A model generated the notes under the pieces. It saw only the letters and a list, made by a program, of their open reading frames with translations, made no database searches and had not been told where the DNA came from. Position numbers and translations under genes: made by a program. Shown piece after piece: positions 13,743 to 27,354 of a DNA stretch of 64,000 nt (position 1 is the stretch's first letter; each line of letters opens with the position of its first letter). Location of the stretch: the NCBI RefSeq assembly GCF_006345805.1, contig NC_043015.1:36084001-36148000 (forward strand), given 5' to 3'. Source of the DNA: Octopus sinensis (taxonomy: Eukaryota).

Positions 13743-15089
13743 TATATATGCATAAAGGCATGAATATATATATGTACATATGTATGCATATATATACTTA
13801 TATATATATATGTATATATGTATATATATATGAACAGCGGGAGCAAGAGTCAGCAGCTGACCATTGCTGCCTGCTGGATATAGAAATGGCATCACTCATA
13901 TTATGCACATCGTTTCTTGAGCAGTCAGAAAATACTGAAAAGGTATACTTCAAAGTGTAATGTTTAAGACAAAAACCTGGATGAAGCAATCATTCGCAGG
14001 TCGTGCTGGCTTCTGCTGACGTCAATTTTACGCCTCATCATTTCGAGGTCGATGAAATAATTACATACATGACAGCGTAGTGTATTTGTAGAATTGTTAT
14101 ATATCGTCAGACGTGATATGACTTCTTGCGTTTGTGATTCTTTAATTATGAATTAATATGATTGGAAATGTAAGGTATTGCCCGCTCGAAAACATCGAGC
14201 ATCCTCATTCCCACAAGCATGCACCCATCACCTGATTCCTGGCTGCATTTAGCTGAGTTCACCCTGGAGCAAGATTTGATGAAGAACTACCATCCTTCTA
14301 ACCATCCGTCCTGTATGTCTTGAGATCAAAAGTATCATTGACACTGCAACTTTGATCTTGACAATAATAGAAAATAGTTTTAATAAAAATGGCAAAAAAA
14401 GAAAAAACCGGCGTGGCTCCGTGCTCAGAAGTTGACTTCCCAACGACACGATTTGGGGTTCAGCCATTCTGTATAGCAGTTGGATGAGTTTTTGTTATAG
14501 AAACATATTGATTCTTAAGCCACACCATCCAATATTTATTTTGCTTTGTTTCTAAAAAGATTATGTAAGGAATCTGAAGAAAAGTTTGGCTATTATTTCT
14601 AGCAAAATCAAATGGCTTTTTCTTTTGTTTTTTTTAAAATTTTACTTGATTGACTCATTTGATTGCACTTAATCCAAGGAATTTTAAGTCCAACGGCACA
14701 AAATAAGCTTGGTAGTTATTCTAGCGGCCTCTTTGGCTGAACCGCTAGGTTAAGAGGAGGTAAACGCACCAACGCCGGTTGTCAAGCATAGACATGAAAT
14801 TACATGCGCGCACACACACATACACATCCACACACTCACACATACACACACACACTAATACATGCACCATCCATATATATGCATGCACAAGCACTTATAT
14901 GACGGCCTTCTACCCGATTCCCTATCAAGGCTTTAGTCGACTTCAGGCTGTAGTAGAAGACATCGGCCCAAGATGCCATACAGCGGAAGTAAACCTAGAA
15001 CTATGGCATTAGGAAACAAGCTTTTTACCACACAATCACTCCAGATTTCTCGTTGACTTAACTTGCCTGCCTCTCACTCACTCAAGCTC

Positions 15090-16588
15090 ACACACACACA
15101 CACACACACATACACACACTCTCTCTCTCTCTCTCTCTCGCTTAGTCTACATCACATCACCCGTGGTGATCCACTCCAACAACAGATTTTCATCCCAGTT
15201 GGGCCAAATGATTTTGTGCATGCCAGCTCTGAAACACTTTAAAGTCCTACGCCCCGCATAAATTCAGGGTCATCCCCCATGCGAGCAAGAAAAGAAAAAT
15301 AGAAACGTATGGAAAGGTTGTTAAGTCCGACGACGACGGAGGCCTGCAAAATTTATCCGTCGTTGTTGGATCGTCTTTTCCAGTTTCGCATTGAACTTTT
15401 TTTTTTTTACTCGTCTTCATATTTTTAATTGAATAGCTAAAGCCGTTTAATGACTACTTAGCGTTTCTACACATTTCTGCAATAATTATGTTGTCATCCC
15501 CCAACATTCTCTGCGTTTCCCCATCATCCAGGATGGACATCATTTCCCTTTCATCCATAGAGAAATGGTTGTCGTGTTTTATTTTTCTCCTTTTCGCGTT
15601 CTGCGTTCTTTAATTAATAAATAGATTTTCTCCCTCGCCGTTTAGCTACTTTCAGAGAAAAGCCCCTCTAATTTGTTAATAATGCTTACTATTTATGAGA
15701 GTTCTAAATTTCTTTGTTTCTATGGCCTATATATTCCTGATTCAGTATTTAATGTTTTATATTCTAAATCATCTCATAACATGTATATATATATATTATA
15801 TATATATATATGTACACAAAAAACGCCTACACATACTATACCACAAATACATTCATACATATATACAGACATACATATATATACATATACACACACACAC
15901 ACCACACACACACACACATACACACACTCTCTCTCTCTCTCTCTCTCGCTTAGTCTACATCACATCACCCGTGGTGATCCACTCCAACAACAGATTTTCA
16001 TCCCAGTTGGGCCAAATGATTTTGTGCATGCCAGCTCTGAAACACTTTAAAGTCCTACGCCCCGCATAAATTCAGGGTCATCCCCCATGCGAGCAAGAAA
16101 AGAAAAATAGAAACGTATGGAAAGGTTGTTAAGTCCGACGACGACGGAGGCCTGCAAAATTTATCCGTCGTTGTTGGATCGTCTTTTCCAGTTTCGCATT
16201 GAACTTTTTTTTTTTTACTCGTCTTCATATTTTTAATTGAATAGCTAAAGCCGTTTAATGACTACTTAGCGTTTCTACACATTTCTGCAATAATTATGTT
16301 GTCATCCCCCAACATTCTCTGCGTTTCCCCATCATCCAGGATGGACATCATTTCCCTTTCATCCATAGAGAAATGGTTGTCGTGTTTTATTTTTCTCCTT
16401 TTCGCGTTCTGCGTTCTTTAATTAATAAATAGATTTTCTCCCTCGCCGTTTAGCTACTTTCAGAGAAAAGCCCCTCTAATTTGTTAATAATGCTTACTAT
16501 TTATGAGAGTTCTAAATTTCTTTGTTTCTATGGCCTATATATTCCTGATTCAGTATTTAATGTTTTATATTCTAAATCATCTCATAAC

Positions 16589-16627
<39 letters not shown>

Positions 16628-16697
16628 AAAAACGCCTACACATACTATACCACAAATACATTCATACATATATACAGACATACATATATATACATAT

Positions 16698-16705
<8 letters not shown>
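15090..16705. repeat. Tandem duplication, 808-bp period
   Basis: CTTAGTCTAC at 15141 and 15949. The unique parts look identical by eye and the breakpoints lie in (CA)n/(CT)n/(TA)n. Confidence 0.9.
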
Positions 16706-16754
<49 letters not shown>

Positions 16755-17574
16755 GTATATATATCGATATGTAAATATACATACACACCTACACATATAC
16801 ACGTAATTAATACATACACACGCACACATACATACATACTTACATACACACATACATACATGCATACATGTATGTATGTATATGTATGTATATGTATAAT
16901 ATGAGTTACCATTCTTTCGTTTCTCACTCAATATCCGATTCATTATATTAAATAAATAGCTAATTACAAGAGTAACTAATGTCCTTAAACTAATTATATT
17001 TTTGTTCCTCTTTTTTGGTCGTTTTACTAATCTCATGCTTCATTTTAAATGCTACTTTCACTTTCACATGCTACGTATGTCTTCCTGGATGCCTAAATAT
17101 GTTCTCTTTCGCCAAGCCTTAACGTTGCATTCTTTTATCAGTTGTGCTGTACTTTTGTGCAGCAGTTTTCTTAGTCACATGCAGATGCAAATAAACGTAA
17201 AACATCCGTTGGCTCATCGTCTTTTGATTAACTGTCTTGGATAATGTTTCCGCTTCTTCTCCTTTTATAGTTCTCAAGAGTTTGTTTTCTTACAATTGTT
17301 CAGTTTCAGATAAACAACGTTTAATATTTATTCTGGTTCTTTACATTCTCAGTTCAAATCTCTCCGAAGTCAATTCCATCATGTCTGGGTCAATAAAAAA
17401 TAAAACCCTTCTTGTACTTAGGTTGCTGTAATCTAGTAATCACCACCCCTGAAAACTGCAAACATTTTCCTAAAATTAGAAACTATCTTATAACCAGTCT
17501 TATATTGTTCGAATATCCCGCAGTCATCTGAACGTGCGACATAACAGTGGAACGAGGATTTCGTAGCTCACACA

Positions 17575-17760
17575 GCCACTGTGTAGTATTGCGGCATAAC
17601 AATTTTCTAAGTTCAAACTCTGGTGAGGTTCACTTTGCCTTTTATCCTTTAGGGGTGGGGTCAGTAAAATAAGTGCCAATTACACACCTGGGTCGATGCG
17701 ATCGATATGCTTCCACCCTTGAAATTACTGGCCTTGTGCCAAAATTAGAAACCAATTCAC
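17575..17760 (+). mobile_element. Decayed tRNA-derived SINE
   Basis: AGTTCAAACTCTGGTGAGGTTCACTTTGCC core and a CTTGAAATTACTGGCCTTGTGCCAAAATT tail. Confidence 0.65.
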
Positions 17761-18485
17761 TAAAACATTCTGACCACCCATTCTTCGGCTATATCCTTGG
17801 CAGACAGAACATACTAGCTTTCGAGAAAAGAGAAATAATAACAAAAGAGCACAACAGACCAATGAAATTGGAAGCGTAGTATTAACCCGAAAAACTTCGT
17901 TAAGTCCGTATAGGATTTTCATTTTCTGTTCCGTTCTACTCAAGACACGAAAAATTTCAAGTCCGGAATCTATTGTGTAATGCTTAAATTATTAACAGAA
18001 CATGGTAATTGAAAAGTAAGGGTAATCCCTAGAGATATTTGAATTCAAAGATAATTAGACCAGACCATAGAAAGCATTGTGTTTAGTCAATTGATCTGAA
18101 GATTCTGCGAAGCCAGGCGCATTAGTGTTACCAAAATATCAGACGTAACGCATTCTACAGCATAAATTCCCCAAAGACGAAGATAATCCTAAAATGTCTC
18201 ATTCTTAAAGTATTAACAACTCTTTCACCGCTTTATCTTACTGATCGCTAATTTCCAATAGACATTTGTCTCGGAGCCAACCGCGTATACATACACACAC
18301 AACACACATACACAAACACACATACACACATACAAACACACACTTATGCATGGGTACGTAGATAATGTTATAGATACAAATTTAGCCTAAATATCACCAC
18401 ACACTCACACATACAGGTAGATTGATAGAAGCAAATTTAATTTAGATATAAACATATACCTATATATTTAGTGAATATCTATATG

Positions 18486-18552
<67 letters not shown>

Positions 18553-19309
18553 ACGTTAGTGTATCTATCTTTGTATATATGCATATGCAGTCCTAGAAAA
18601 ACTTTTAAGGTGAAATTTCTAGATAACAAGAATTAGCGAAATGCTTCGAGCAAGGGACATAAGATTTCAGCAATCTATACATGTACTAAGAGATTGGGTT
18701 GAAACCACATTCGCTTATATAGGTATGTGTGTGTTTGTGTGTGTGTAGATGTATTTATGCATATGTATATATGTATATGTGCGTATATATATATATATAA
18801 ACGCTTATGTATATCTATAAATATATCTGTGTGAGTGTTTATATATATATGTATAGGTAAGTACCTAGTCATCTGTTTACCTTTCTTGTTCTCTGAACTC
18901 TTTCTTTCCTCTCTCATAAAGGGTACCACGACATTCAACCATGCTTCTTTCCTTCCAGTACTTATCGTCATCCTACCCTTTTTTGATTATTGATTTGATT
19001 TTTCCTTCACATTATATTCCTTCATTGCTTCCTCTCTCCTAAGTTTGCTTGTCTAGATCCTTGTATCACATTTTCCCCTCCCCTTTCTTCATGGTCTCTC
19101 TCTTGTGATATTCATTTTTATTCCATTCTCTCTGAGAAGGGTTACTTATACAGGCTGTAAATTATATGGGTGATTGTTGTAACTGATCTCACATATTCCC
19201 TCATGACTCGTGTTCCACGCCACTGCATTCATCGGGCGATCTCAGTGTGTGGAGCTTGAGACACCAGGCAATCCCTGTAATGTTGAGTTTAAAAAATAAC
19301 TATATATAC

Positions 19310-19329
19310 GTACACACACACACACACAT

Positions 19330-19370
<41 letters not shown>

Positions 19371-19917
19371 ACATTTATGAATTCCTGATGTGAAACAGTT
19401 TGTTCAATGCGATATTGTTCAATTTCGGGACGGTCATTTTTAGTTTGGAAAATAGACACACGCACTATATATTGGTTCTTGTCCGGAAATCTTTCATCAC
19501 TCATTTGTCACCCCTTCAGTGATCCTTTCGCTTTGCGTGTATCCTCCTGCTCCGTTTAGTGGGAGACGGTATGCAGCAGAGTGGAGCGAACAGGTGTACA
19601 CTGTCGGGAGCTCAATGAGCGGAAGGGCTCGTTAATGCTCTGCCAAAATACTCAAGCCGAACACAGAGAAGCCCGGTTAATGACATTTAGATTACAGAGG
19701 GCAAACACATAGTAATACACAGGCTGAACCCCAATAGAATATGTAGAGAGTCTGAAGAGCTGTCCATACGACTTTGCTTTGTGGATGCGAAACCTTGGGT
19801 AACTCTATGTTCAAGATATAAAATTACTGTTGCAATATACATTACATACATACATGCGGACAAACATAAATATATATATATGTATACACACACACACATA
19901 CACACACACACACACAC

Positions 19918-19953
<36 letters not shown>

Positions 19954-20520
19954 AACATTTATGAATTCCTGATGTGAAACAGTTTGTTCAAAGCGATATT
20001 GTTCAATTTCGGGACGGTCATTTTTAGTTTGGCAAATAGACACACGCACTATATATTGGTTCTTGTCCGGAAATCTTTCATCACTCATTTTCACCCCTTC
20101 AGTGATCCTTTCGCTTTGCGTGTATCCTCCTGCTCCGTTTAGTGGGAGACGGTATGCAGCAGAGTGGAGCGAACAGGTGTACACTGTCGGGAGCTCAATG
20201 AGCGGAAGGGCTCGTTAATGCTCTGCCAAAATACTCAAGCCGAACACAGAGAAGCCCGGTTAATGACATTTAGATTACAGAGGGCAAACACATAGTAATA
20301 CACAGGCTGAACCCCAATAGAATATGTAGAGAGTCTGAAGAGCTGTCCATACGACTTTGCTTTGTGGATGCGAAACCTTGGGTAACTCTATGTTCAAGAT
20401 ATAAAATTACTGTTGCAATATACATTACATACATACATGCGGACAAACATAAATATATATATATGTATACACACACACACATACACACACACACACCCAC
20501 ACACACACACACAGACACAG

Positions 20521-20545
<25 letters not shown>
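19310..20545. repeat. Tandem duplication, about 584-bp period
   Basis: ACATTTATGAATTCC at 19371 and 19955. Three differences seen (two substitutions, one 1-bp indel); boundaries lie in microsatellites. Confidence 0.9.
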
Positions 20546-20551
<6 letters not shown>

Positions 20552-20755
20552 GATATATATATATATATAACGCAACGCGCCCTGGCATTTATTAACAATG
20601 AATTATTTATATATGTAAATATATTTATAATTTAAGGTGTATTCCGTTAGGAATGTAGTCGAGTACAAAATAGAATTTTGTTCTATAGTTAAGAGATGAA
20701 GAATTATATACATTATTTAGAATTGACAGATATTTGTCCTCATCTTGTTTGTTCT

Positions 20756-20803
20756 TAATAGAACGTTTCGGCTGATATATCCTCCACCCCTTTTCAGATG
20801 TCT
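20756..20803 (-). ncRNA. Decayed hammerhead copy (core CTGAAAA, stem II mismatched)
   Basis: Inverted homologue of 21103-21148: ACATCTGAAAAGGGGTGGAGGATATATCAGCCGAAACGTT. Confidence 0.5.
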
Positions 20804-20920
20804 TGGGGAAATTTCAAACCTGGGTTCTCATTCCTAAGGTATTTTTCAATGTTGTTGTTATTATTATTAGTATCATGATCATGATCATGATCATCATGAT
20901 CATCATCACCATTATTATTA

Positions 20921-20977
<57 letters not shown>

Positions 20978-21102
20978 ATCGCTGCCTGGAATTGAAGTCG
21001 GAATCTTGGGGTTAGTAGTCCGCGCTCTAAACCAGTACGCCGTATGCTCGTGGGCATCGAAAAATACCTTAGGAATGAGAACCTAGGTTCAAAATTTCCC
21101 AA

Positions 21103-21148
21103 GACACCTGATGAAGGCTGGAGGGTACATCAGCCGAAACGTTGTGCT
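21103..21148 (+). ncRNA. Minimal type I hammerhead motif (C3-G8, extra A after A9)
   Basis: Stem I GACAC/GTGCT (one mismatch); CTGATGA(21108-14); A; stem II GGCTG/CAGCC; GAAA(21136-39); palindromic helix III ACGT; predicted cleavage after GUU at 21143. Confidence 0.75.
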
Positions 21149-22190
21149 AACAACATACAAGATGAGGACAAATATCCGTCAAACGTAAATAATGTAAATA
21201 ATGTTAATAATGAAACTAGAGCTCGTTCACTGTTAGAATTACCAAATAGCTGGTAGTAAGTTCAAGTCTAGGTTTAGGCATTCATCAGGTGTGAAAGTAA
21301 AATTGAATAAAACGGTTGGATGTGCTAGCATCGACGTCAAATGTTTACTAACGGGGACAGCGATTGTATATCACCTGAGGAGATACAACTGGATCCCGTT
21401 ATACAGGTAAACTGTTGCTTAATTTAAATCCTGTCTATGTGAATTTATGCTGTATCGAAACATGTGTAGTGTTTATGAAACAGCTGTCTAACCGTACTCC
21501 TTCTTATTCAATTATATATATTAATGCCTGCTTTTATGTTTATTTATAATAAAAGCAATTTTACTTTAATCTGATGGGTTAATCTATATTTTCGTAGAGT
21601 GCAAATTTATTACTCTTCAACAGGAATATTGACTGATTTCTAAATGTCGGCCACTCAAGCCTTCGTCAGACGTTCACCAATCTGGTCAAGTCTTGGAAGC
21701 TACTGTCAATGATATACTTGTTTAAGACTATACATATACATACATATATATATACATATATATATATATATATTTGTACATATATATGTTTGTATATATA
21801 TATATATATATACATAGAATATGGTGATTTAGTTGACTGGTGATCTAAACGAATAGACATGGTGAGTAAGTGCAGTAACGGATTATCAGGGTTCTAATTG
21901 TAGTCTATTTTGTATAATTTTCCTAAAATGTTCTTTTAACGTACTGACTACTTGGTAACATAATTATTATTAATGATATTACCGTATATTATTATCATTA
22001 AATTATATGTCACTCCATGATCGAAACCGCAGTTTTCTGCGGGATAAGTCATTTCATATACGTGGGTATAAAGTTTAAATATGAATCACGCTCGACTCTA
22101 TAACGTTGGAAGTGAAGTTAAATATTAGTCACGCGACGACGCTCGATTGCATGCATATTTATTCCAACACTTGCAAATTTATATTTGGAT

Positions 22191-22252
22191 ATTACACTGA
22201 TGAGAACAAAAGGTAATTATGTTTTACTTTAAGTTGGAAACGCGTCTGTAAT
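22191..22252 (+). ncRNA. Minimal type I hammerhead motif with long stem II
   Basis: Stem I ATTACA/TGTAAT; CTGATGA(22197-22203); long stem II with a G-G mismatch at 10.1/11.1; GAAA(22237-40); palindrome ACGCGT; predicted cleavage after GUC at 22246. Confidence 0.7.
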
Positions 22253-22502
22253 TATTCGCTGTCGAATTTCATTCATCATTTTCCCTTTTGCCAACATTAA
22301 AAAAAGTGTTATTTTCTTGGGGTTCTTATGATAGTTGAAAAGAAAGTTGCGTCTTTTTCTAATTCAGTACGTGGCGAAGTAATTAGCAGACCCCTCATTA
22401 TAATTATGTATATAATTATTGAATATTGCGTATAATTAAACTAAAATGTGTTTTCAACGTACTGAATTGGTTAAATTGTTATTATTAATAATCTTACCCT
22501 AT

Positions 22503-22563
<61 letters not shown>

Positions 22564-25500
22564 CATGTGTATGTATGTATATATATATATGCATATATAC
22601 ATATGTATATTTATATATATAGTGTTTGTTTGTATATTATATAGACATATACTAATATCTACAATATGTCTGTGTGTATGTGCGCGTGTACATAAATATG
22701 TTTCTGTGAGTTCATGTGTTCGTATATCTAAGCTATCTTCTCTGTTCTGTACGTGTGTATACTTGCGTGCAGGTATTTGTCTCTCTCTCCCCTCTCTCTC
22801 TCTCTCTGTTTGTGTGTGCGTGTGTGCATGTACGTGTATGTGTGCTTGTGTGTGCGTGTGTGTGTTGGTATGTATGTAACTATGTATGCGTGTATGTATC
22901 GTACTGCTGATCATAATTCATTAATCACCAGTTTCCAGCATCCCCCTTATGCGGGAGGGAAAATTGTTTCACTAAGGATCCGAAGCCTCCGATCGAACCT
23001 AAGTAATTGACTGGACGAGTGAACAAAACGATGAAGTATGCAGTGAAGACGGTTTCTTTCTGTTCTTTTTTGCTTGGTGTTTTAACATCTGCGATATTTT
23101 GGAAATTACAAGTGACACCTTTTTGGGGGACGCGCTACCGTTTGTTACTCGAAACAAAATGTCGACAAATTTTAACGATGTTCATTGTTTTGAAATATGC
23201 TTACAATATCAAACTAATATCTTCTTTCACTGTAGTCGGTTGTTGTTATTGTTGTTGTTAGTGTTTAGCACACAGTTTGCCTTGATTCAGAAGTTGCATG
23301 ACTGAAGACACAAAACCCTGTAACTACCTCATCTATTTATTTTGACAAACAGTGAGGCTTCGCCCTGACACCATCTCATGACTGTCTTATCGCTCATTTG
23401 GTTCCACTTGGTTGATCCAAATCAGTCTTCCATGAGGTGAATAACGATGAATGTTTTCTACAGCAATGAATTAGCTCTGTGAAAGCCCCCGTTTCTCGAA
23501 CATTCACATTTCATATGCCTGCATATAGCCGGCCCCTCTTATTCTATTCTTTCTTAGTCGAAGGTAATTTTAGCCTTGCCAGTTACACGATGACCTCATT
23601 GATGTTGGTGATATGGAAAAACAACAACAACAAAATTCTGAGTACACTCTGTGAAGTGGTTAGAGTTAGCAAGGAGATCAGGGCCATAGCAATTCTACTA
23701 ACGAAAATATTGCAACACAATGCAGTCTTCACACCCACGTCAGCCTGTCAAACCGTCCACCCAGACCAGCTTCAAAGATACACATTAAAAGGTAGCGTAA
23801 ATGAAAATGATAAAGAGTACGATTTTATTCGAAGTGTAATGATTGCAAGAGAACTGAGTGGCTTCTGATTCGAGGTGGTTCTCATATTTGCGGTTCGCTC
23901 GGCCATCTCAGATATCACTGAGAGCAGCGTAGGTGTTAATATTGATTCATTTACATCTATAAATAATAAATCAGTTTCGATATAGAACGACAAGTAAGAA
24001 CTGTCCACAGGGACACAATTAGCATGACAAAATAGATAATGTAATAAACATTGCAACTGATTTAATTACAAAATATAAATAAAGGTAAAAACAGTAAAAT
24101 TCAAGAAGAGCTCAGCCATATTCACGATCAGAACAAATATATCTCTCCAAGATATATCTATATCTATATATAAGATATGTACTCATATATATGTGTGTGT
24201 GTGTGTGTGTGTTTAGAGAGAGAGCGAGACAGACAAAAAGAGAGAGGGGGAGGAGAAAGTGAAAGATGGTTACGCACAAGGATTTAGATATCAATATAGT
24301 AATTAAATTTAGATATATAAAGCAATCAATAAATGCTATCATGTGACTATCTCTACACGTCCGGTGGCGGTATAGCATAAATATACATCCTTATTGATAT
24401 TATATATTATGGAACTAGGTGTAAAAAGATAGATATATCAAACAATAGGCATATGCACATATATGTACTTGTGTGTGTATACGTAGGGAATAATATTTGT
24501 GCACACACACATACATACATACACAGATGCATACTTACATGCATACATACGTATATATATACATACATATGCATATATATATATATGTATATATATTTTT
24601 GCATATGTGTGTTTGTGTGTGTAGCGTGGGAGTACACACCATTTTAATATTCGAGACGTGTAATGGCACTCAACTTCAGAATGCAAATTATAAATCAATT
24701 TACAACCATAAATATGTCAGTTCCATTCCTGCTCTGGGAAACAAAACATTGTAACTTTGAGCAAGGTTCATCATTTCACCTTTCTCCAGTTCATTCCCCA
24801 GTAATGAGATCTCGGTTAAGTGCACTCTCCCTTCAGCTAATCCATTCTGAACCTTGATTGGTTCAAACAATTTCCTGGTCAAAATGAAATGGGCCACAAT
24901 GAACTTCCAAAGACTTTCTCAACTTCTAATTGAGTTTGGATCTGTCTTTAGTAATTCCCAACAACTTTTTTCTCCTTCCGTCTATAACTAAGAATTAATA
25001 GGATTTTGTCGTAGCTTCTTGTATTTATTTTTTCTCTAATTCTAGATCCACTTTTCCCGTTTACTGGAAACATTTTTGATACACTTAAAGAGAATATGTT
25101 TGTTGTTCTATAGTTTGTAGTTATCAGGATATGTTATGTATCCTTCTTAAAGAATTGAGCTAATATTTTTAATCATCGTATTTATATTGTTTTCTTTGGC
25201 TTTGAACTCATAACACGAGAGTAAATAAAACAGACATACTCTAGCTATCCATATTGTAATAAGCTGGATTTAAGCACTGCATTAAAGAAATTGATTATAC
25301 AGACCTATTAAACGAAGCATAAAATTACAGCACCTGATATTTTCAATACTTTAAAACACAAAAATCCTTTATGTCATGAAAATCTGTCCAAAAACAACTC
25401 TCTGACGATTCTTCACTGGGTATAATGCTACCCACTTCTATTTTATCCTGACGTTCGCTATAATGGAAAAAAAGGAGAAAACTGGAGATTTTTCATGCAT

Positions 25501-25834
25501 TTTATTTCTCATAAAATTTCATGCAAAATGTTTTAAAAACATATTTTGTTTTAAAAATGCTATTAAGTAGGATTAAATTGCGACATATACTTCAATTGAT
25601 TGAATCACATTTATAAAAACATAGCAGTTCATTTTCTCCCCAGCATTTTTGGCATATCAGATAATTTGTGCTACAATTATTTATGTTTCTTTGTCTATTT
25701 GTTTTTTGTTTTTGTGTTTCTAGATCCCTGGGAAACATAAGGCCGGCTACCCGGTTTCCACATCTTATAAGTGATCGAGGTCACTATATAGCACACTAAA
25801 AGAGTCACCAGTCCGTTGCATGGTTGAATACCAA

Positions 25835-26000
25835 CTGCTCAGAAGGGAGGTAATAATTAATTGACTGGCATTATATTTTATCGACCCCGAAGGGAAAGAA
25901 ATTATGTTGACTTTGACGGAATTTGAACACAGAACGTAAAAAGAATGAAAAAATGCGGTAAGCGTTCTATCCGACGCGCCCTCGATTTTACCACTCTCAC
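25835..26000 (-). mobile_element. Decayed tRNA-derived SINE
   Basis: TTTTATCGACCCCGAAGGG...GGAATTTGAACACAGAACGT core. Confidence 0.7.
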
Positions 26001-27109
26001 AGCTTTAAATACTACGTGTATGAGTACAGCAATAGACTTTTGTTTTAGGTTGTTGTTTTTGCATATTATGTGGATATATAGAAATCGATTTGTTTAAATA
26101 TTCCCATAAGGAGAAAAACCTATTTATTTTAACTGACGACAAATGCATTACTCTCCGAGTTGCAGTAAAGTGTCTGCGAATAAATAATTTATTGATAACT
26201 TTTTCTTCCGAAACACTAACCATTATGACTCATTTATTCTTTAATTCTATTATTCCAAAACACCTGCAAGATTTTTCTTTCATCTTGCATTCACCTGTAA
26301 TTAATATGTTCCATGTTTGATTAAATGGCCGGCGTTTAATTAGATAAATTTTCAAAAGAATATTATTTATCATTCACCTCAAATTATTTTAAATATACAA
26401 AGCGTCTGCGCGTCTCTGGCATTCCTATGATTCTTGTTGATTCCGCATTTTGGTTGGCTTCGGTATTCCCTGATCGACCTGATTTAATTTCAAATACTTG
26501 ATTTCGATTTTCGATTTATATCTTTTGCGTACTCACTTTTCGTATACAAATGCTACAGTTTTAATTCGAAACCGACACGACAGCTTTAAATGCACAGAAA
26601 TATTGAAAAAAATGGAGCTAGTAAAAAAACTTACATTGACAAGATCTCACTTTTACTGGTGACTCTCACAGTTAGTGTGTGGAACATGCTTGAACAGAAG
26701 AACAGGGAAAACCTCAAAGTTGTGTTCAGTAAAATTGAACTAGACACAAAAACACTCACTCACACACACATATGCAGGCAGCACACAACCACTCACCGCA
26801 TTCCTACACCCACCCTATGTATGATTACACATGTACAAATGTGAGAGCTGAATTAGAATGTCAGCTTCGTGAAACTTTAAATAATGCAATTCACAGTCCG
26901 TCCATTAAACTACTGGAATCCAAACTCAAAACAACGTGTTGAGTTTTATTTCCTTTTGCGCCCCAACTCCGTCTCTTACTCTCACTCACTCTCGCCCTCT
27001 CTTACATTATATACATCAATAAATACAGAAACACACAAGCACAAACATATATATGTCTAGATATGTATGTGTGTGTGTGTATACATGTGTGTTTGTCTGT
27101 ATATATAGA

Positions 27110-27298
27110 TAGATCGTTAGCCACTACACATATTTTTTTCTCTCCTTGTTTCTATCCTTGTTTTTTCTGTGTCCCTTTCTGTAGAAGTGCGTAGGCTCGA
27201 AACGTAAAATACTTTTTCTATTCCTGAGCGCTATAGTAATAACATCTGTTTGTTTTGTACACCACCTATCTTCGTCTTTTGTTTTTTTCGTAAACTCT

Positions 27299-27300
<2 letters not shown>
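27110..27300 (+). mobile_element. Short repeat with decayed hammerhead-like motif at 27176-27209
   Basis: TTT CTGTAGA A GTGC GTAG GCTC GAAA CGT A AAA. A6 is replaced by U, stem II has one mismatch, and the palindrome ACGT is retained. Confidence 0.5.
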
Positions 27301-27347
<47 letters not shown>

Positions 27348-27354
27348 ATATACT

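Larger units (their letters stand above)
20690..21200 (-). mobile_element. Composite element: tRNA-like head, (AAT/GAT)n, hammerhead-bearing tail, plus an inverted 5' copy of the tail
   Basis: Minus-strand head at 21055-20974 with A-box-like GGCGTACTGGTT and B-box-like CTTCAATTCC; microsatellite about 20973-20850; tail about 20848-20712. An inverted copy of the tail lies at 21056-21195. Confidence 0.75.

Noticed and set aside
20974-21055. Possible tRNA gene
   Set aside because: The acceptor stem is incomplete and the sequence runs into an (AAT)n tail; it is treated as a SINE head.
21289-21406. Exon-like segment ending CAG|GTAAAC
   Set aside because: Weak acceptor and two equally plausible frames; it cannot be supported from sequence alone.
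21625-21678. Minus-strand CTGACGA A GGC...GCC GACA hammerhead near-match
   Set aside because: A14 is replaced by C and stem I does not pair beyond 1 bp.
23007-23261. ORF MKYAVKTVSFCSFLLGVLTSAIFWKLQ resembling a signal anchor
   Set aside because: No good splice donor, no recognisable downstream exons and no homology.
23479-23868. 129-aa plus-strand ORF
   Set aside because: No recognisable domain or splice context; compatible with chance.
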